A stretch of DNA of 63,870 nt, filler included, from Porpidia crustulata (Eukaryota): NCBI GenBank assembly GCA_964255105.1. It is 8 parts of 8 records of this genome, joined end to end, with 100 filler letters (N's around TTAATTAATTAA, not from the genome) between each part and the next. Parts side by side here need not be neighbours in the genome. Positions count along the whole stretch, not along the records: positions 8,011 to 15,920 come from CAXUWE010001215.1; positions 16,021 to 23,925 come from CAXUWE010001216.1; positions 24,026 to 31,923 come from CAXUWE010001217.1; 5 more parts are not named here. One strand, 5' to 3'. A program made the position numbers and the translations under genes. Below, one piece after another: positions 13,632-27,394 of this stretch. The first letter of the stretch is position 1; each line of letters starts with the position of its first letter. Under the pieces are notes generated by a model. That model was not told the origin of the DNA. It was given only the letters and a program-made list of their open reading frames with translations, and searched no databases.

Positions 13632-15920
13632 ATGAGCGAATTTAAAGCGCGCTTCACCGGACTCATGCCACTATTCCGACGATCCTCTACTACTACGACT
13701 TCCCCCAACGACAAATCTCCCTCCCTCGTTTCCACAAACCCTCTTCGAGCCAAAGGTAACCAAAGCAAAACCTCGCTTGTGTCTCCGAGACGCAGAAAAA
13801 CATCGGTGGGTCCTCCGGTCGCTGAACAAAAAGTCTTGGTGCCGAAGATTCCACCACTTGAGCTGCCTCTCCCGACAAGTGAGACTCAATTTCTCAGTGG
13901 AGATTCTCAGCGGACGCCCGACACAAGTTTGGAGTCTGCAAGAGCTACACCGTTGGAGAAACCGAAACCTGCCTGTCCGCAGGTGACATTGGAGGAACCG
14001 ACACCGGAATTATCTGCTACTTTGGATAAGGCAACAGGTCACAACAACGAGACAGGGTTTGGCATAAAGAAATCGCTGCAAAGACCCGAGGCGGTTCCAA
14101 GGAAGCAATCCATAGCCCATAACAGTCAAGGGAGATTTATCACAACCTTGTTGGAGTCAGGAGGGCCCAACTCACGGCCAACCTCGCGGGGCACCACTAC
14201 CGACTACTTCAGTGAGGCTCCTGCAATAACAGCCAATATGCTGCACCGCAAGATATGGGTGAGACGGGCAGGATCGTCGGCAACGATGATACAAATCAAC
14301 GAGGAAGATCTGGTGGACGATGTAAGGGAAATTATCCTGAAGAAATATACCAACTCCTTGGGTCGTACTTTTGACTCACCAGATGTCACGCTGAGGATTT
14401 TGCCGCGCGATGAAGCACATCGACACTCACAGGGAGAGCGTACACTAGGCCCAGAGGAACCGATGCTTCGAACTTTGGACGCATACTTCCCGGGCGGCCA
14501 GACTGTGGAGGAGGCGCTGATCATTGATGTACCAAAACAACGAACACCTAGGCACTCGCCACGAATCGCTATGCCCTACTATGTCTCAGAAGATCTCCGT
14601 CCGGTAGAGAACGGTACGGACTACTTTCCACCCATGCCCATTGCAGCACAGCACTCGCCTCATCTACCTTCAAATCTCTCGGTCGTCAGCGGACAAAGTG
14701 CCTCACATCATCCAACAATGCATTCCATAGCCGTTCTGAACACTGGACAAATACCACCTCTACCCTCGCCTGGCAGCCGAAGCGCCCGGCATTCTTCGCA
14801 TAGACCAAAGTACGGACGGACTCAGACCACTTCACCTACAGTTGTAAGTGTTGCGAGCTCGCAGCATCAAGGTACGCAACGATTTCCTGAACTACAGATT
14901 GTTTCAGGTCTGGCTAATTTGCCAGAAGACGTGATCAAACTGCCACTGAACAGCATTCCTAATCCACCTCCGTTACCCACTCCTCCCATACCCTCGGACG
15001 CTCAACCTCACCGCGTTTCCACTCCTCCGCCAACCCGAGCATCATCACCTCGACCCAACCTAGCTCAAAAGAAATCAAAACAAAAAGTAAATCAACCAAA
15101 GCTACCAGCGGGTCTCCTTGATGGCGCCGTTCCTCCTATCAATGTCCTTATCGTCGAGGACAATATTATCAATCTTAAACTCCTGGAAGCCTTTATGAAA
15201 CGATTAAAAGTCAGGTGGCACACTGCAATGAATGGGCAGGAAGCCGTCAAGAAGTGGCGGGGAGGCGGGTTTCATTTGGTGTTGATGGACATTCAGTTAC
15301 CCATAATGAACGGATTGGAAGCGACAAAGGAGATTAGGAGACTCGAAAGGGTGAACAACATTGGCGTATTTTCAAATAGCGCATCCAGTACTCCTGCATT
15401 TCCAAACGGAGGCGAGTCACAAGAAGATGCCGGCAAGACAGGCGAGGATGATAATCTGATGAATACGGCATTGTTCAAGAGCCCGGTCATCATCGTTGCC
15501 TTGACCGCGAGCTCGCTGCAAAGTGACAGGCACGAAGCTCTAGCGGCCGGCTGCAACGATTTTTTGACAAAGGTATTTTTCCCGTCTGGGTCCATGTGAA
15601 CCAACACAAACATCAAAGCTAACCCAAGCCCTTTAATCCAGCCCGTTAACTTCGTCTGGCTCGAACGCAAAGTCATGGAATGGGGTTGCATGCAAGCCCT
15701 CATCGACTTCGACGGCTGGCGCAAATGGAAGGATTTTTCGCAATCCAAGGAGAACCCCCAGAATCCCAAAGACGCCTCCAAAACCTCACCCAAACCGCTC
15801 GACTCTACCAACCGCAAGGTGTCGGGAATCGCTAATTCGGCCAAACCAGCGGGCAAGCTGACGCTGCCGGACCGCGGGAAGAAGCGGCTGAGCTCCGGCG
15901 CCACGAGCCTGGATACGGGG
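13632..15920 (+). CDS. SSK1: Response regulator Ssk1/Mcs4 of the HOG pathway; 3' end truncated
   Basis: N-terminal RKIWVRRAGSSAT...DLVDDVREIILKKYTNSLG; receiver domain VPPINVLIVEDNIIN...VLMDIQLP...VALTASSLQSDRHEALAAGCNDFLTK|PVNFVWLERKVMEWGCMQALIDFDGW. Confidence 0.93.
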
Positions 15921-16020
15921 NNNNNNNNNNNNNNNNNNNNNNNNNNNNNNNNNNNNNNNNNNNNTTAATTAATTAANNNNNNNNNNNNNNNNNNNNNNNN
16001 NNNNNNNNNNNNNNNNNNNN
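15921..16020. other. Artificial contig linker
   Basis: N44-TTAATTAATTAA-N44. Confidence 0.98.
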
Positions 16021-16839
16021 CCCTCCACCGCCTCGGCTCCCTCCTCTACCGCCTCTGTCGCCGAAGCCCCCTCTCCCTCTGGGTGCTCCTCTACCGCCGC
16101 CACGACCTCCACCTCTCCCCCCACGCATTGGTCCCCCTCTGGATGCGCCACCTGCTCGCTTCGGTTTCGCTGCACCTAAGGGAAGATTAACGATTGGGTT
16201 TGAGGTCAAAGAAACAACTACGGACCAGGTGGGGGTTTTGGCTTGGGTAGGAACCTTAACGACTTTAGCTTGTGCTGCTTGCTCAACGTCCTTACAGTCC
16301 TACTTCTCTAAAGGTAACAATTTATCCCCTCCGATGTAGAACTTATCTCCTGTCTTGAACGATGTAGCCACAATACCCTCTTGCGGCTTCACCGTGAAAT
16401 AGACTTGATTGATGGGACCTAAAATCTCGTCGACTTTGCCAATTGCAGTCTGCCGTCTGGTCAGTCAAATTTCAGTATCTTCCTGCATGTGGGAATCTGA
16501 CACCCACCTTATTCTCTAAGTATATTGGCGCATTGAAGTATGGTAATTTCGTATTTATCGACTCGCAAAGAATTTCGCCTTCGCAAGCGTGCATGAAAGA
16601 GCCCATTTCTACCTCATATTAACAATTGCGCCTAGATGCAGATGAGGAGCATCAACCCAAAACGCTTGTTGGAGGTCCATAAGATTGTTGAAAACCACCT
16701 CGCCCTGTTCACAATAGTCGTTTAGCTTGGACAAAAGGTTGTGTATACCAGGTATTTAATTACCTCCTCTTGAACCAAAGCTTCCTCGACCGCCGCTAGA
16801 GCCACCGCCTCGTCCTCGCGGTGCGCCTCGATTTGACAT
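16021..16839 (-). CDS. GAR1: H/ACA snoRNP subunit Gar1; several short introns, 3' end truncated
   Basis: RGG-rich ends flank the spliced core [92 protein letters not shown] at 16839. Confidence 0.93.
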
Positions 16840-16938
16840 AATTTCTACTACTGGGAAAAACTCATTGCGGATTGTGCCCGTTGCTCTGATTTCACTAGCG
16901 GTATTTTTATTTCGTTAAGCCCTACAGATCAGCAACGT

Positions 16939-16966
16939 CTTCTTGAGTCAAGAAGCCCTTGAGTCA
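16939..16966. promoter_or_regulatory. Two tandem Gcn4/CpcA (AP-1-type) sites TGAGTCA in the GAR1/ThrRS divergent promoter
   Basis: TGAGTCA at 16944-16950 and 16960-16966, about 100 nt upstream of an aminoacyl-tRNA synthetase, a typical cross-pathway-control target. Confidence 0.65.
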
Positions 16967-17063
16967 CTAAGCCCATATTTGACAACGTCGGAATTCATGG
17001 CATATCGGTCAAAATGTTTCTCTGAAGATTTGGATTTTAAGATTTTGATGAACATTTTTGGTC

Positions 17064-19608
17064 ATGGATAATGAAAGAGCAAAAGACTCGCATACTTCCC
17101 TACCGCACCGTGTATCAATCAGTAATAAAGCTGCAAATACACTTTCAAGAGGATCTTTGAAAAGCGTGAACCAGGACCATACAAAAGATGAAGTCGACAA
17201 AACTGAAATAGCAAAGACAAACGACAAAATGTCAAGCAAGACTTTACCAGATTTCATACTCAAGCGCAATGAGCTATTTGACGATCTCAAGCGAAAACGT
17301 GATGCTGAAATCTTAGAGAAGGAACATCCTGTGATCGATGTTGTGCTGGATCTTGGTCTGGACAAAGAGGGGAGGCCAAGAGTCGCTATGCCAGTAGCTG
17401 CTAAAGCTTGGGAATCTACTCCTGGCTCGTTCCTTAGACACGTTGATAAAGATATCAGCAGTGATGTTGTGATAGCCAAGGTCAACGGAAAGGTACTATG
17501 GGATCTTGATCGACCTTTAGAGTATGGGTGCAGAGTCAGCTATCTACCATTTAGTTCCTCTGAAGGCAGAAATGTGTTCTGGCATTCTAGTGCGCACGTT
17601 CTTGGAGAGGCTGCTGAATGCCAATATGACTGTCTTTTATCTCATGGTCCACCAGTTGAGCAAGGCTTTTTCTACGACATGGCGATAGCTGAGGGGTAGG
17701 TTGCTGAGTCTGGCGTTCTAGGCGCCCGGGCTGATTTCTTACAGTCAAGTGGTCAAGGAGAGTGATTGGCCGCCACTTGAGAGTAAAGCTTCCAAGTTCT
17801 TCAAAGAAAAGCAACCTTTCGAGAGACTTCACGTTTCTATTCCAAATCTAAAGGAGATGTTTGGATATAGTAAGTATAAAATGTACTATATCGACAACCT
17901 GCTACCTCCAGAGGGAAGCACTGTCTACAAGTGCGGTACGCTCGTGGATCTATGTCTTGGTCCTCACATCCAGAATACCGGCAAAATAAAAGCGTTCCAG
18001 ATCATGAAGGTGAAGACAACATCTGACAGGGCTGTCAACTACGAATTCTAACATTTTTTAGAATTCTTCGTGCTACTTTCGTGGAGACAAGAATGACGAT
18101 TCCTTGCAACGAATATACGGTGTTGCTTTTCCCGACAAAAAAGGTATGACTGAGCACAAGAAATTCCTCGAGGAGGCCGCCAAAAGAGATCACCGTAAGA
18201 TTGGCGTAGAACAGGAGTTGTTTTTCTTCAACGAGTTGTCGCCGGGATCCGTCTTCCTATTACCTCGCGGTACTCTTATTTTCAACGCCCTACAAAAGCT
18301 CCTACGGTCGGAATATCAAAAGCGAGGCTATCAAGAAGTCCAATCACCCAACATGTATGATGTTGATTTGTGGAAGAAATCGGGTCATTGGCAACATTAC
18401 CAGGACGACATGTTTAGTCTCGAGGTAGAAAAGAAGAAATGGGCTCTCAAGCCGATGAACTGTCCTGGGCATTGCGTTATGTTTGGTCACCGAGAGAGAA
18501 GCTATCGAGAATTACCTCTACGCATGGCAGATTTTGGCGTCCTACACAGGAACGAGGCCTCTGGTGCATTGAATGGACTGACCCGAGTACGAAAGTTCCA
18601 GCAAGACGACACCCACGTATTCTGCACCCAAGACCAGGTTAGTTGTGAATCGGCATCTATGGGCTTTTATGCAGTTGGGCTAATTGACGTAAGATTACAC
18701 AAGAAATTGAGGCATTGTTTGATTTCCTCAAGTGTATATATGGTCTTTTTGGCTTCCCATTCAAACTCATGCTCTCCACAAGACCAGAAAAATATCTGGG
18801 AAATATCGAGACATGGGATGCGGCAGAGAGCAAGCTGAAAGACGCCTTGAACACATTTACAGCCACTGGTGGTGGGCAGTGGGAGTTGAACGAAGGAGAC
18901 GGTGCCTTCTACGGACCTAAAATCGATATCACCATATCCGATGCTTTAAGGCGTGACCATCAATGCGCCACGATCCAGCTAGATTTCCAGCTTCCACAAG
19001 CTTTCGAACTCGAATACATGACAGCGGAAGCTTCTTCGAAAACGAAAGGCAGCGCACAGGGCGCCGCTACAACCGATGGTTCAGCGATGCCCACTGTACC
19101 AAAAGAGCCAGGACCCGGACGAGCTCGTCCAGTGATGATCCATCGAGCAATCATTGGAAGCTTCGAACGTTTCATGGCTATCTTGACCGAGCATTTTGCA
19201 GGGAAGTGGCCATTCTGGCTTAGCCCGCGACAAGTCCTCGTGATCCCTGTTACGACAGCAGTCAACAACTACGTGGAGGAAGTGCAACAATTATTCAAAT
19301 CTCAGAAGATGCATGTAGACATTGACCTTAGTGGAAACACTATGCAAAAGAAGATCCGGACGGGCCAGCTGCAACAATATAACTTCATCTTTGGTGAGTG
19401 CAGATGACCATCTCAACGTCGTATATACTAACGGCGCTCAGTGGTGGGAGTCCAAGAGAAAGAGTCTCGAACTGTGAACATTCGGAACCGAGATGATCCA
19501 GAAACACAGTCGAAAGGGGAGCTGATACCGCTCGAAGAGGCAATCGGAAAACTGAGAGCATTGAAAAAGGAACGGAGACTCATCAACTCTTTAGTGTTCG
19601 AGAGTTGA
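17064..19608 (+). CDS. THS1: Threonyl-tRNA synthetase (cytosolic type), five exons
   Basis: TGS domain (LWDLDRPLE), [69 protein letters not shown] and [10 protein letters not shown]. Alternative in-frame start at 17229. Confidence 0.97.
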
Positions 19609-20257
19609 TTGGCTTATTCTAGAAATCGTGTCGTCACACATTTGAATTCTTCGTGATCAATATGCCATGGTGATATTGTTGCTGTAGAAGACTGTCATCC
19701 AGACTTCTATCTGGATATCAAGGAGAAGATGCCGGTTGTGCATCTTCAGAGACATCACATGTGAATCCCAATGGAGACCAGCTAAGGCGCGATGACGTTG
19801 ACCCTCATCTCGCACTTGAACGAACGCTCGTGAGCCTCTCCACCAATCATTCCAGGTTCGAATAATCTGACCCCGCTGGCACTCCGTGTAGATAATACGG
19901 ACGACCCGACTATAGGTGGTCCAAATACTATTTGCACTCGTTGTCGCACAATTGTCCCATCAGCTGCCACCTGCGAACGTTTAATAAGTAGCAAATCTGG
20001 AGGTAGTTGTGAAGCTTGCGGAAGCGCCAAGCCACATAGACAATAGAGCTGCGTCGGCCTCCTCTTTCGGATTGCTTCCGTTTTGAACAAACGAAGATCA
20101 AAGCCTCTTTCTATCTAGATACTTAGAAGTTACACAGATTCCGGTTTGCTCAACTTTTTGACTCAATACCCAATTCGCGCAACGCCTGCGAGCCTTCGAT
20201 TCTAGGGATCGCCCTTAACATCCTCGTTAGGATCCACTTCACTCGTGGAATCCACTC

Positions 20258-23041
20258 ATGGCTCAACCACACCCATCGACCGCCACTGTTGGCGCGACTG
20301 ACTTTGCACAGGGTGCGCCCAATACCACTTCGCCATTGTCACAGTCGGAGCACCACAATCAATCAGGGACGTTAGGCGCAGATGAGCGAGGATATCAACT
20401 CGAAGACAATGGCGTTGACGGAGACATGCATCGCGCTAGTTCTACCTTGTCGCAGTCTCATACGTTGACGCCTTCGCGTGGGGGAACATTGAAGAAGAAA
20501 CAATCCGTGGTTAGAAAGGGCAGCCTCAAGAGAGCTAGCAGTAGGAGGAGCAGTGCAGCAGGCAGTGTGAAAAGTGTAGCTTTCGGTACTGATGGTACCG
20601 CAGAGGGAGGAGAGATGAACAATGCATTCTATACGCCGGTTCCAACGTCGGGAAATCCGACAGAGATTTTGGCCAACAGGTTTCAAGGTATGTCATTTTC
20701 GATCGAGGCTCTACCGTGAGCTACGGTCCCAAGCTTACGTATAACCTCCTTTAGCGTGGCGAAAAGTTCTAAAGGATTTAATAACGTACTTTCGCGATAT
20801 TCAGAAATCTTACGATGCCCGATCTAAGTCTCTCTACACGCTGTCTAATGTGATCAACAACATCAATGCGCCACCAGGGCTCCTCCCGCAAGGGGGCGTT
20901 AGCGATGCTACACACATCCTACGCAATTTTCACAAGCAGTCGATACATGAGGGCAACAAAGCCAAGACCATTGAAGAGGAAGTTGTAGTGCAGCTTACCG
21001 GACTTCGTAGTGACCTCCAGCAGAAGATCAAAGAAATCAAGAGTCTTTCGGGGGACTTCAAGAATGGTGTGGACAAGGAGACTGAAGGTACAAGGAGAGC
21101 TGTTCGGGAACTTCAGGAGTCGTTGGAGATTTCCGAGAGGGAGTCTACTTCTGGCAAAGGTGATCCGTTCATTGTCAAACTTGCGGTTGAACGGCAACTG
21201 GAGAGGCAGATCGAGGAAGAGAATTATCTGCACAGGGTAAGCGTCACTACGACCTGGCTGATCGGCTAAGGCTAAGAACCAGCGACTAGGCTTTCCTAAA
21301 CCTCGAAAGTTCCGGGCGAGAGCTGGAGTCTATTGTAGTGGGTGAAATCCAAAAGGCGTATAATGCCTACGCTGCAATCCTTACTAGAGAGGCCGACGGG
21401 GCCTACGAAGCTGTTAACAAGTTAAGAAACGGTCCCATAGCAATGCCAAAAGATCATGAATGGGATGCCTTTGTCGAACACAACGAGCACTTTGTGAATC
21501 CAAGACTGCCTGTTCGCAGAGTAGAGAATATCCATTATCCAGGTAGAGAGAACCCAGCAGCCTCAGAGGTCAGAGCCGGTATGCTTGAGCGAAAAAGCAA
21601 GTATTTGAAAAGCTACACTCCAGGCTGGTGAGTCATTCTGCTTTTATTCTGTATCTTTGCTGATCGATACAGGTATGTGCTATCTCCAACGCATCTGCAC
21701 GAATTCAAATCACCAGATCGTATCACATCCCAAGCTCCACTTATGTCACTAAGTTTGACGGACCAAAAGCTTGGCTCTCATTCGAGTGGCGACTCGTCAT
21801 CCCATAAATTCATGCTCAAGGGCCGCCAGAGCGGTGGCATGCACCGAGGGCACGCCTGGGTCTTCCGGGCCGAGTCCCATGATACGATGCTTGCATGGTT
21901 TGAGGACATCAAAAATTTGACGGAGAAGACTGGAGAAGAGCGTACTGCATTCATCCGGCGCCATGCACGTAGTGTTAGCGGTAATAGCGAAAAACCTGGC
22001 TCTGTAAGTAGTGACGGTGGCATGGATGAAGACGAGGCAGACCAAGTACCATACTCGGCCACTGGATCTCTAGCCGATCAGGCGCCGAAGAAAGAAGAGA
22101 AGTTCGCCGAGCGTCCAAACCCAGGTGGGCGATTTCCGAGTGCCCTCAGCGTCAATCGAAACTCACAAGTGCCGCTGGAGCCATCTAGTCCATCAAGTTC
22201 CGACGACAGAGATACTGTAGCCGCGGCCGTTGCGCTTCCCGGTTCCAGCGATCCATTCGGACCAGCCCGTCATCAAGCCCAGAGCCGGGGTGCTGAGACT
22301 TTCGTAGGCGACAAGGCACATCCGTTTCACCAGCGGTCCACAGATCAGCGTACAGAGTATCTGGCGGAGGGATCCGAATCGCGGGACCCATACCCACCTC
22401 GACCCTTGGGAGCACAACAAAGTGGCGTGCCGACACGCCTACAAGACTCCAGTCCTGGCGCCGAGTACACTACTACGCCCGTGCAATCTCAAGGGATCAG
22501 CTCCGACGCACCAGGCGTAGTTTCCTATGCTTCCCCGCAGCGTCCTGCTCCAAAAGAGAGAACGACGTTTACCGCGCCCGAACGCCACGATAGCACCTAC
22601 GGCGACTGGATGGGCCCCGCTGCTGCCGGTGCAGGCGGTGCCGCAGCTGGTGCTGCGGGTATCGAAGCCTATCGACAGCAGAATATAAAGCAGCCGGATG
22701 AAGAGAATACTCAGACTACGTCTCAGCCCTCTGAGCTCGCCGCCCAGATTACTCCCAAACTCGAAACTGCCACATCACCAATCGAGAGTCTCGTAAAGCA
22801 AGAGCCTGCAGAAGATCCTGTCGTTAGTCCCTTGTCTACACTAAGAGGCGATCCATCTTTTGTTCAAGCCCAGCGTGGAATGCTAGAGACTCCCACAACT
22901 GTGCCAAGCGATGACCCGTCTGCGCCGCTCAAGGATCTTGCGTCCGAGATGACGCGGCCAAGCATGCCGGCAAGTCACGGGAGTGTGGCGACGATTAGCG
23001 ATTTGCATGTTCCCGGGGAGTTTCCTCGTACGCCTCGGTGA
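20258..23041 (+). CDS. SLM1: Slm1-like BAR-PH domain phosphoinositide-binding protein
   Basis: PTSGNPTEILANRFQ|AWRKVLKDLITYF, IKEIKSLSGDFKN, GMLERKSKYLKSYTPGW|YVLSPTHLHEFKS and HAWVFRAESHDTMLAW. Confidence 0.88.
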
Positions 23042-23925
23042 AAGTCTTCCGGATAGGCGGGTATGGGAACCGATTGTGGCTCAAGTGCTCCCGCAGACGG
23101 CGGAAGCTGAGACCGGTATATTCGATGGCAAGGAGCAGCACGAGGATAAAATACCGGTGTCCCGCTTTTACTTTATGTGGCTAATGGGAGTTTGAGGGAT
23201 ATCGTTACTTCATACTTATCAAGGGAGGCAAATATTCGGATTCCCACGTACGATCCGGGAAGAGCGAGTGCGACAATCCTCCGGTTTGGTGGTAGCTAGA
23301 TATATGCAGTCGCTTATACGATGATACAATTTTTGCTAGTACGCTATCATCACCGCAAGTCTGATATCTCGGACAGCCCCTTTTTTGCTCAGCTGCGTTT
23401 GATTTCCGTGCAATTGTTGGGCCTGTGCTTGATGGGATTCTGATACCTCTTTTTTTTTTGGCATTGTCGAATGACATGGGAGGAACCGCGATGTAGTTGA
23501 TATGATAGTTGATTGAACACCGGAGCGTCATTAATGCGAGGAATTTGCGTCTGCGTTTGAGATTTGCGTGATCTCTGATGATGTTTATTTAATCGCTAGG
23601 GGGGAAAGGCGAGGGATTGGGGTTTCTGGTGGATGTGGTTTTGATTGGCTGGGTTTTGACGTATCTCTTCGTTCTCGCTTTCGATTCTAGATACTCGTGC
23701 TTGTGTTTATGATATTCTTATCTCTATCTACGAGCATCTACAATCGAGTTCTGAAGAACAAAATTCTACTGCCGACCACGATCTCCGGCATCATCTCTGG
23801 CACGTTTATTCTCTCGTTAATTCATTGTTACACCTTATTCCCATAAGTCATGTTCCTTACTAGTGCCACCACGCCTCAAGTCCTCCCAAAGCCCCTCCTC
23901 GACCAAAATCCCACCATCCCCACCT

Positions 23926-24025
23926 NNNNNNNNNNNNNNNNNNNNNNNNNNNNNNNNNNNNNNNNNNNNTTAATTAATTAANNNNNNNNNNNNNNNNNNN
24001 NNNNNNNNNNNNNNNNNNNNNNNNN
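23926..24025. other. Artificial contig linker
   Basis: N44-TTAATTAATTAA-N44. Confidence 0.98.
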
Positions 24026-24396
24026 ACCGCACCCTTCTTCCCACGCTGAAACCACAAAATAACCAAAGCAAACAGGAATCAAAACAATAGGACCGATAGG
24101 AAAAAATTTTCGACACTCGACGCCCGAGGATGATGAGTGATGGATTGGATTGGGGGGAGGGGGTATTAGGCTGGGAGAAAGGAATAAGACCGTCGGGTAA
24201 CGAGTGTTCTATCCTATACCCAGACAGCACCATAAATAGAATGTGTATCAAATATAGAGGATTGGAAAGACGGTCCACATGCAGGCTTCAAGGTTCCCAA
24301 GAGGAAAGGTCGAAAATAAATACCCTCAATCCCTATGATCGGTACCCAACTACTCGCACGCACTCCATATTTAACGCCTAAGAACCCCCACGATGA

Positions 24397-25676
24397 TTAA
24401 AAGTTCTTGGGTATCTTCGACCTTTTCTTCATAGAACACACTCCAACACTAGTAGTCGACACCGCAATCTTATTCACCGCATCCCCGGCACCGCTCACCG
24501 CCGCGTCCGTCGGAACCAACGGCCTCACGACCGTGGGGTTGGAGATGGACATTGGCGGTAAGGATATGGATGGTATGGGGAAGTGGGAGATGGTGGAAAT
24601 TGATGGCATAGGTGGGATTGTAGGCGTGATTATGGTTGATAGAGAGGAAATCGTGGGATTGGGCGGAACGGGTGTGAGAGCATTAGGTGTGGTGGTCCCA
24701 GTTCCGGGCTGATTTGCGCCACTGCCGGTTGCAGACGGGCTGTTGGCAGGAGGGCTACTCGATATGGAAACGGTGTTTGAAAGGCTGCTGCCAGGAGGTC
24801 CGCTGGTCGAAGGAGAGCTAAGCGAAGGAGGACTGAACGAAGGGGAGCTGGTCAAAAGCGTCTGAGTCCCTGGTCCAGGAAAGTTCGTTAGTAGACTTTG
24901 GCCAGATGTCACGATAGGGCCGGAGAGGGTTGGAAGAACAGTAGACGAAGGGAGACCGGCGACGACGGGGATGGCGGAGGGGCGGATCAGAAGCTCGACG
25001 TTGGCACAGTCGTACATGCCCGCGGGAAGGGAATAGTAGCAGCCGCAGTAGGCGTAAGCTTGGAGGCTAAGAGGCGGAATTAGCTGTGTGCGCAGTACGG
25101 GAGATTTGGAAACCAGAGCCAAGCTGGCAGCGGCTTTACAGCGAGAGAAAGGTGGCGGAATATGGGAAGAGAAGGGAAGCTCACGTATAATTAGAGCAAT
25201 CGAGGTACCCGAATTTTTTATCCAGGCACGCCGTTACGTTGTACTTATTTAATACCAGGCAGTCATTGTACACGGCGTAGTAGTTTGCACAGAGATTTTT
25301 AGCGGATTCTTTGATGTAGACCACTCTAGGAAATTGTTAGTGATGAATAACAGAATTGGGTGCTTTTGGATGCATCAAGAATAACGGACAATTGGTTATA
25401 GCAGGAATTCTGGTTGTTTTGCGGATTCTGATTGCAGGCGTCTCGGATGATCTGTAGGACTCGTTAGATATTTGCCGTAGACCTTGGTAATAAACGGTAG
25501 CTGACCGCATCCTGCTTGACCCCTGGGTCGGCTGGTTCACACTTTGCGATTTGTCGACGGACAGGCATAGATCCTAGATGCCTTAGGCGAAAGCCAGTGC
25601 CTTCCGCTTGGTGGAGGACTAGGAGGAGGGCGCAAAGGAAGAGCAGGCAGTCCAAGAGCCGTGGATATTGATACAT
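24397..25676 (-). CDS. Secreted protein of about 347 aa: signal peptide, 10-Cys domain and Ser/Thr/Pro-rich stalk; no family recognised
   Basis: Exons 25676-25506, 25451-25390, 25325-25185 and 25066-24397 join in frame through GT-AG introns with CTAAY branch sites. Hydrophobic leader LLDCLLFLCALLLVLHQAEG. Confidence 0.75.
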
Positions 25677-27394
25677 TATGTGAAAGAGCGAAACGATAAA
25701 TAAAGAATACTAGATAAGAAGTGAAATTAAAGGAGTGATAGCTTGAAGAAACCAGGAAGATTTAGCGTATAAGTCCTGAAGAGTTCTTGTTGTGATGGCT
25801 GACATTCCTCGCTAGCGAAGAATGTTGAAAGTTGCAGAAAGCGGCCATTGTATGTTTTCAAACTCTTAGTGAACAGTACGAAAGCGTTAAGCCATCAGAT
25901 AGCATATTCGTTTGGTCTTGGGCTTGGGAGCTCGCCGGCTGTTTGCAATACCATCGCATGCAAACTTTGCGAGAGACTGTACCCCGAGTTCTGGCTTCGG
26001 TCCATGGCCCTGAACAAGAGTAAATAGTTCTAAAAGGGTTCGTCAGTGTTGTCATTGGACTGATCGGACAATCTAACATAGTTCAATAAGATAGTTGGCC
26101 TCTCGTGATGGTCTGATCTGTATATTCGCCACTCCGATTGCAGTCTAACTGCAAGCGACTAGCGATCTGGTACGGATACACTTTTGGCAACAGGACTACG
26201 AAAATTTCGATGATTTTATCAAAAGAACAGCAGTTGAGTGCTATCATCAGAATTTGATTTCAGAATACGATTGAACTTCGTATATACCACCGATGTAGGA
26301 TTTATTTACACAAGGGCCATTGCACATAACGTAATTCTCTAGCCTTTACCCAACCAGCCCGAATCGCTGATACTCGATTCCCTACCCTGAACTCAGGTCG
26401 CAAGCCAGCTTGCGGAAACGACTGTATCTCCCAGGCGCTTGACAACATGGATCGCCCATCTAGAAGATGTAATATGCGTAAAGACGCAGCAAGAGGGTAT
26501 AACGCAACATATGATATGGTCTTCCTTGATATACTCGTACTCCACGGAACGTTGTTCGATACAAGTAGGAGACCTCAAGCTCCGTGTCAATAGCTCGAAC
26601 GTATCCTGCGACCATGACTCTGCCAAATACCGTAGAAAGAGATTTGCGTCCTCATGCGCGGTGAAGTTTGGCCGTTGAAAAGACGCTCGAGTCTGCATAC
26701 TGTAGGATAGATCTGCCAGTCCTTCCCAAAACGACCTGACTGGATTTTGGTCCATTGAATATGCGTTTTGCAGGGCATCTTATGTATATAATCCTGTACT
26801 TCAAGTCCAATCCAGCCTGTTACACCTGTCGTTTGGTCAGGGCGTCTTTTTGTGTAATGTTACGATAGCCCTGGCGGTACTAACATACTGGCCAGGTTAG
26901 GCGTGATAAAACCATGACATAGCCCTGGATCCGTTCCCACTATTTCAGGACTGTTATTCCAATACTGACACTGAATCAAATTTTTGTAATCGTAAAGTGG
27001 TGAACCGAGTATGTGATTTGGGAAAGCATAGTGGCGTGGTGTTTGCCAATTCAATTTTCGATCATCCGGCCTCGAACGTATTGCTCTTGCGCATCCGTGA
27101 TAGTTGTAAAAAGGCCGTACTCCGTACTGGATTCCACTGACATGGTCATCTTGCCACACTGCCGAACCAGCATAAACGCCCCACATGCTACTACTCCAAA
27201 ACCATGAGTGCGGACTTCCAAGGAATTCCGATGATCTACGATGTGGATGTCGAACGTTAAGCGCTGATGATGGTCCGTTCCAATATCCAGAAAGGCAATG
27301 AATGCTACAATTACAGAGAATCCAAAAATATGGTAGACAAAGAGCTTTGATTTTGCTGATAGGTGAAAGCCCGCTAGATCCGAAAGAGGCCAAC

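Noticed and set aside
17064..19608. ThrRS as a self-resistance gene of a biosynthetic cluster
   Set aside because: Its neighbours are housekeeping genes (GAR1, SLM1-like) and its motifs are canonical.
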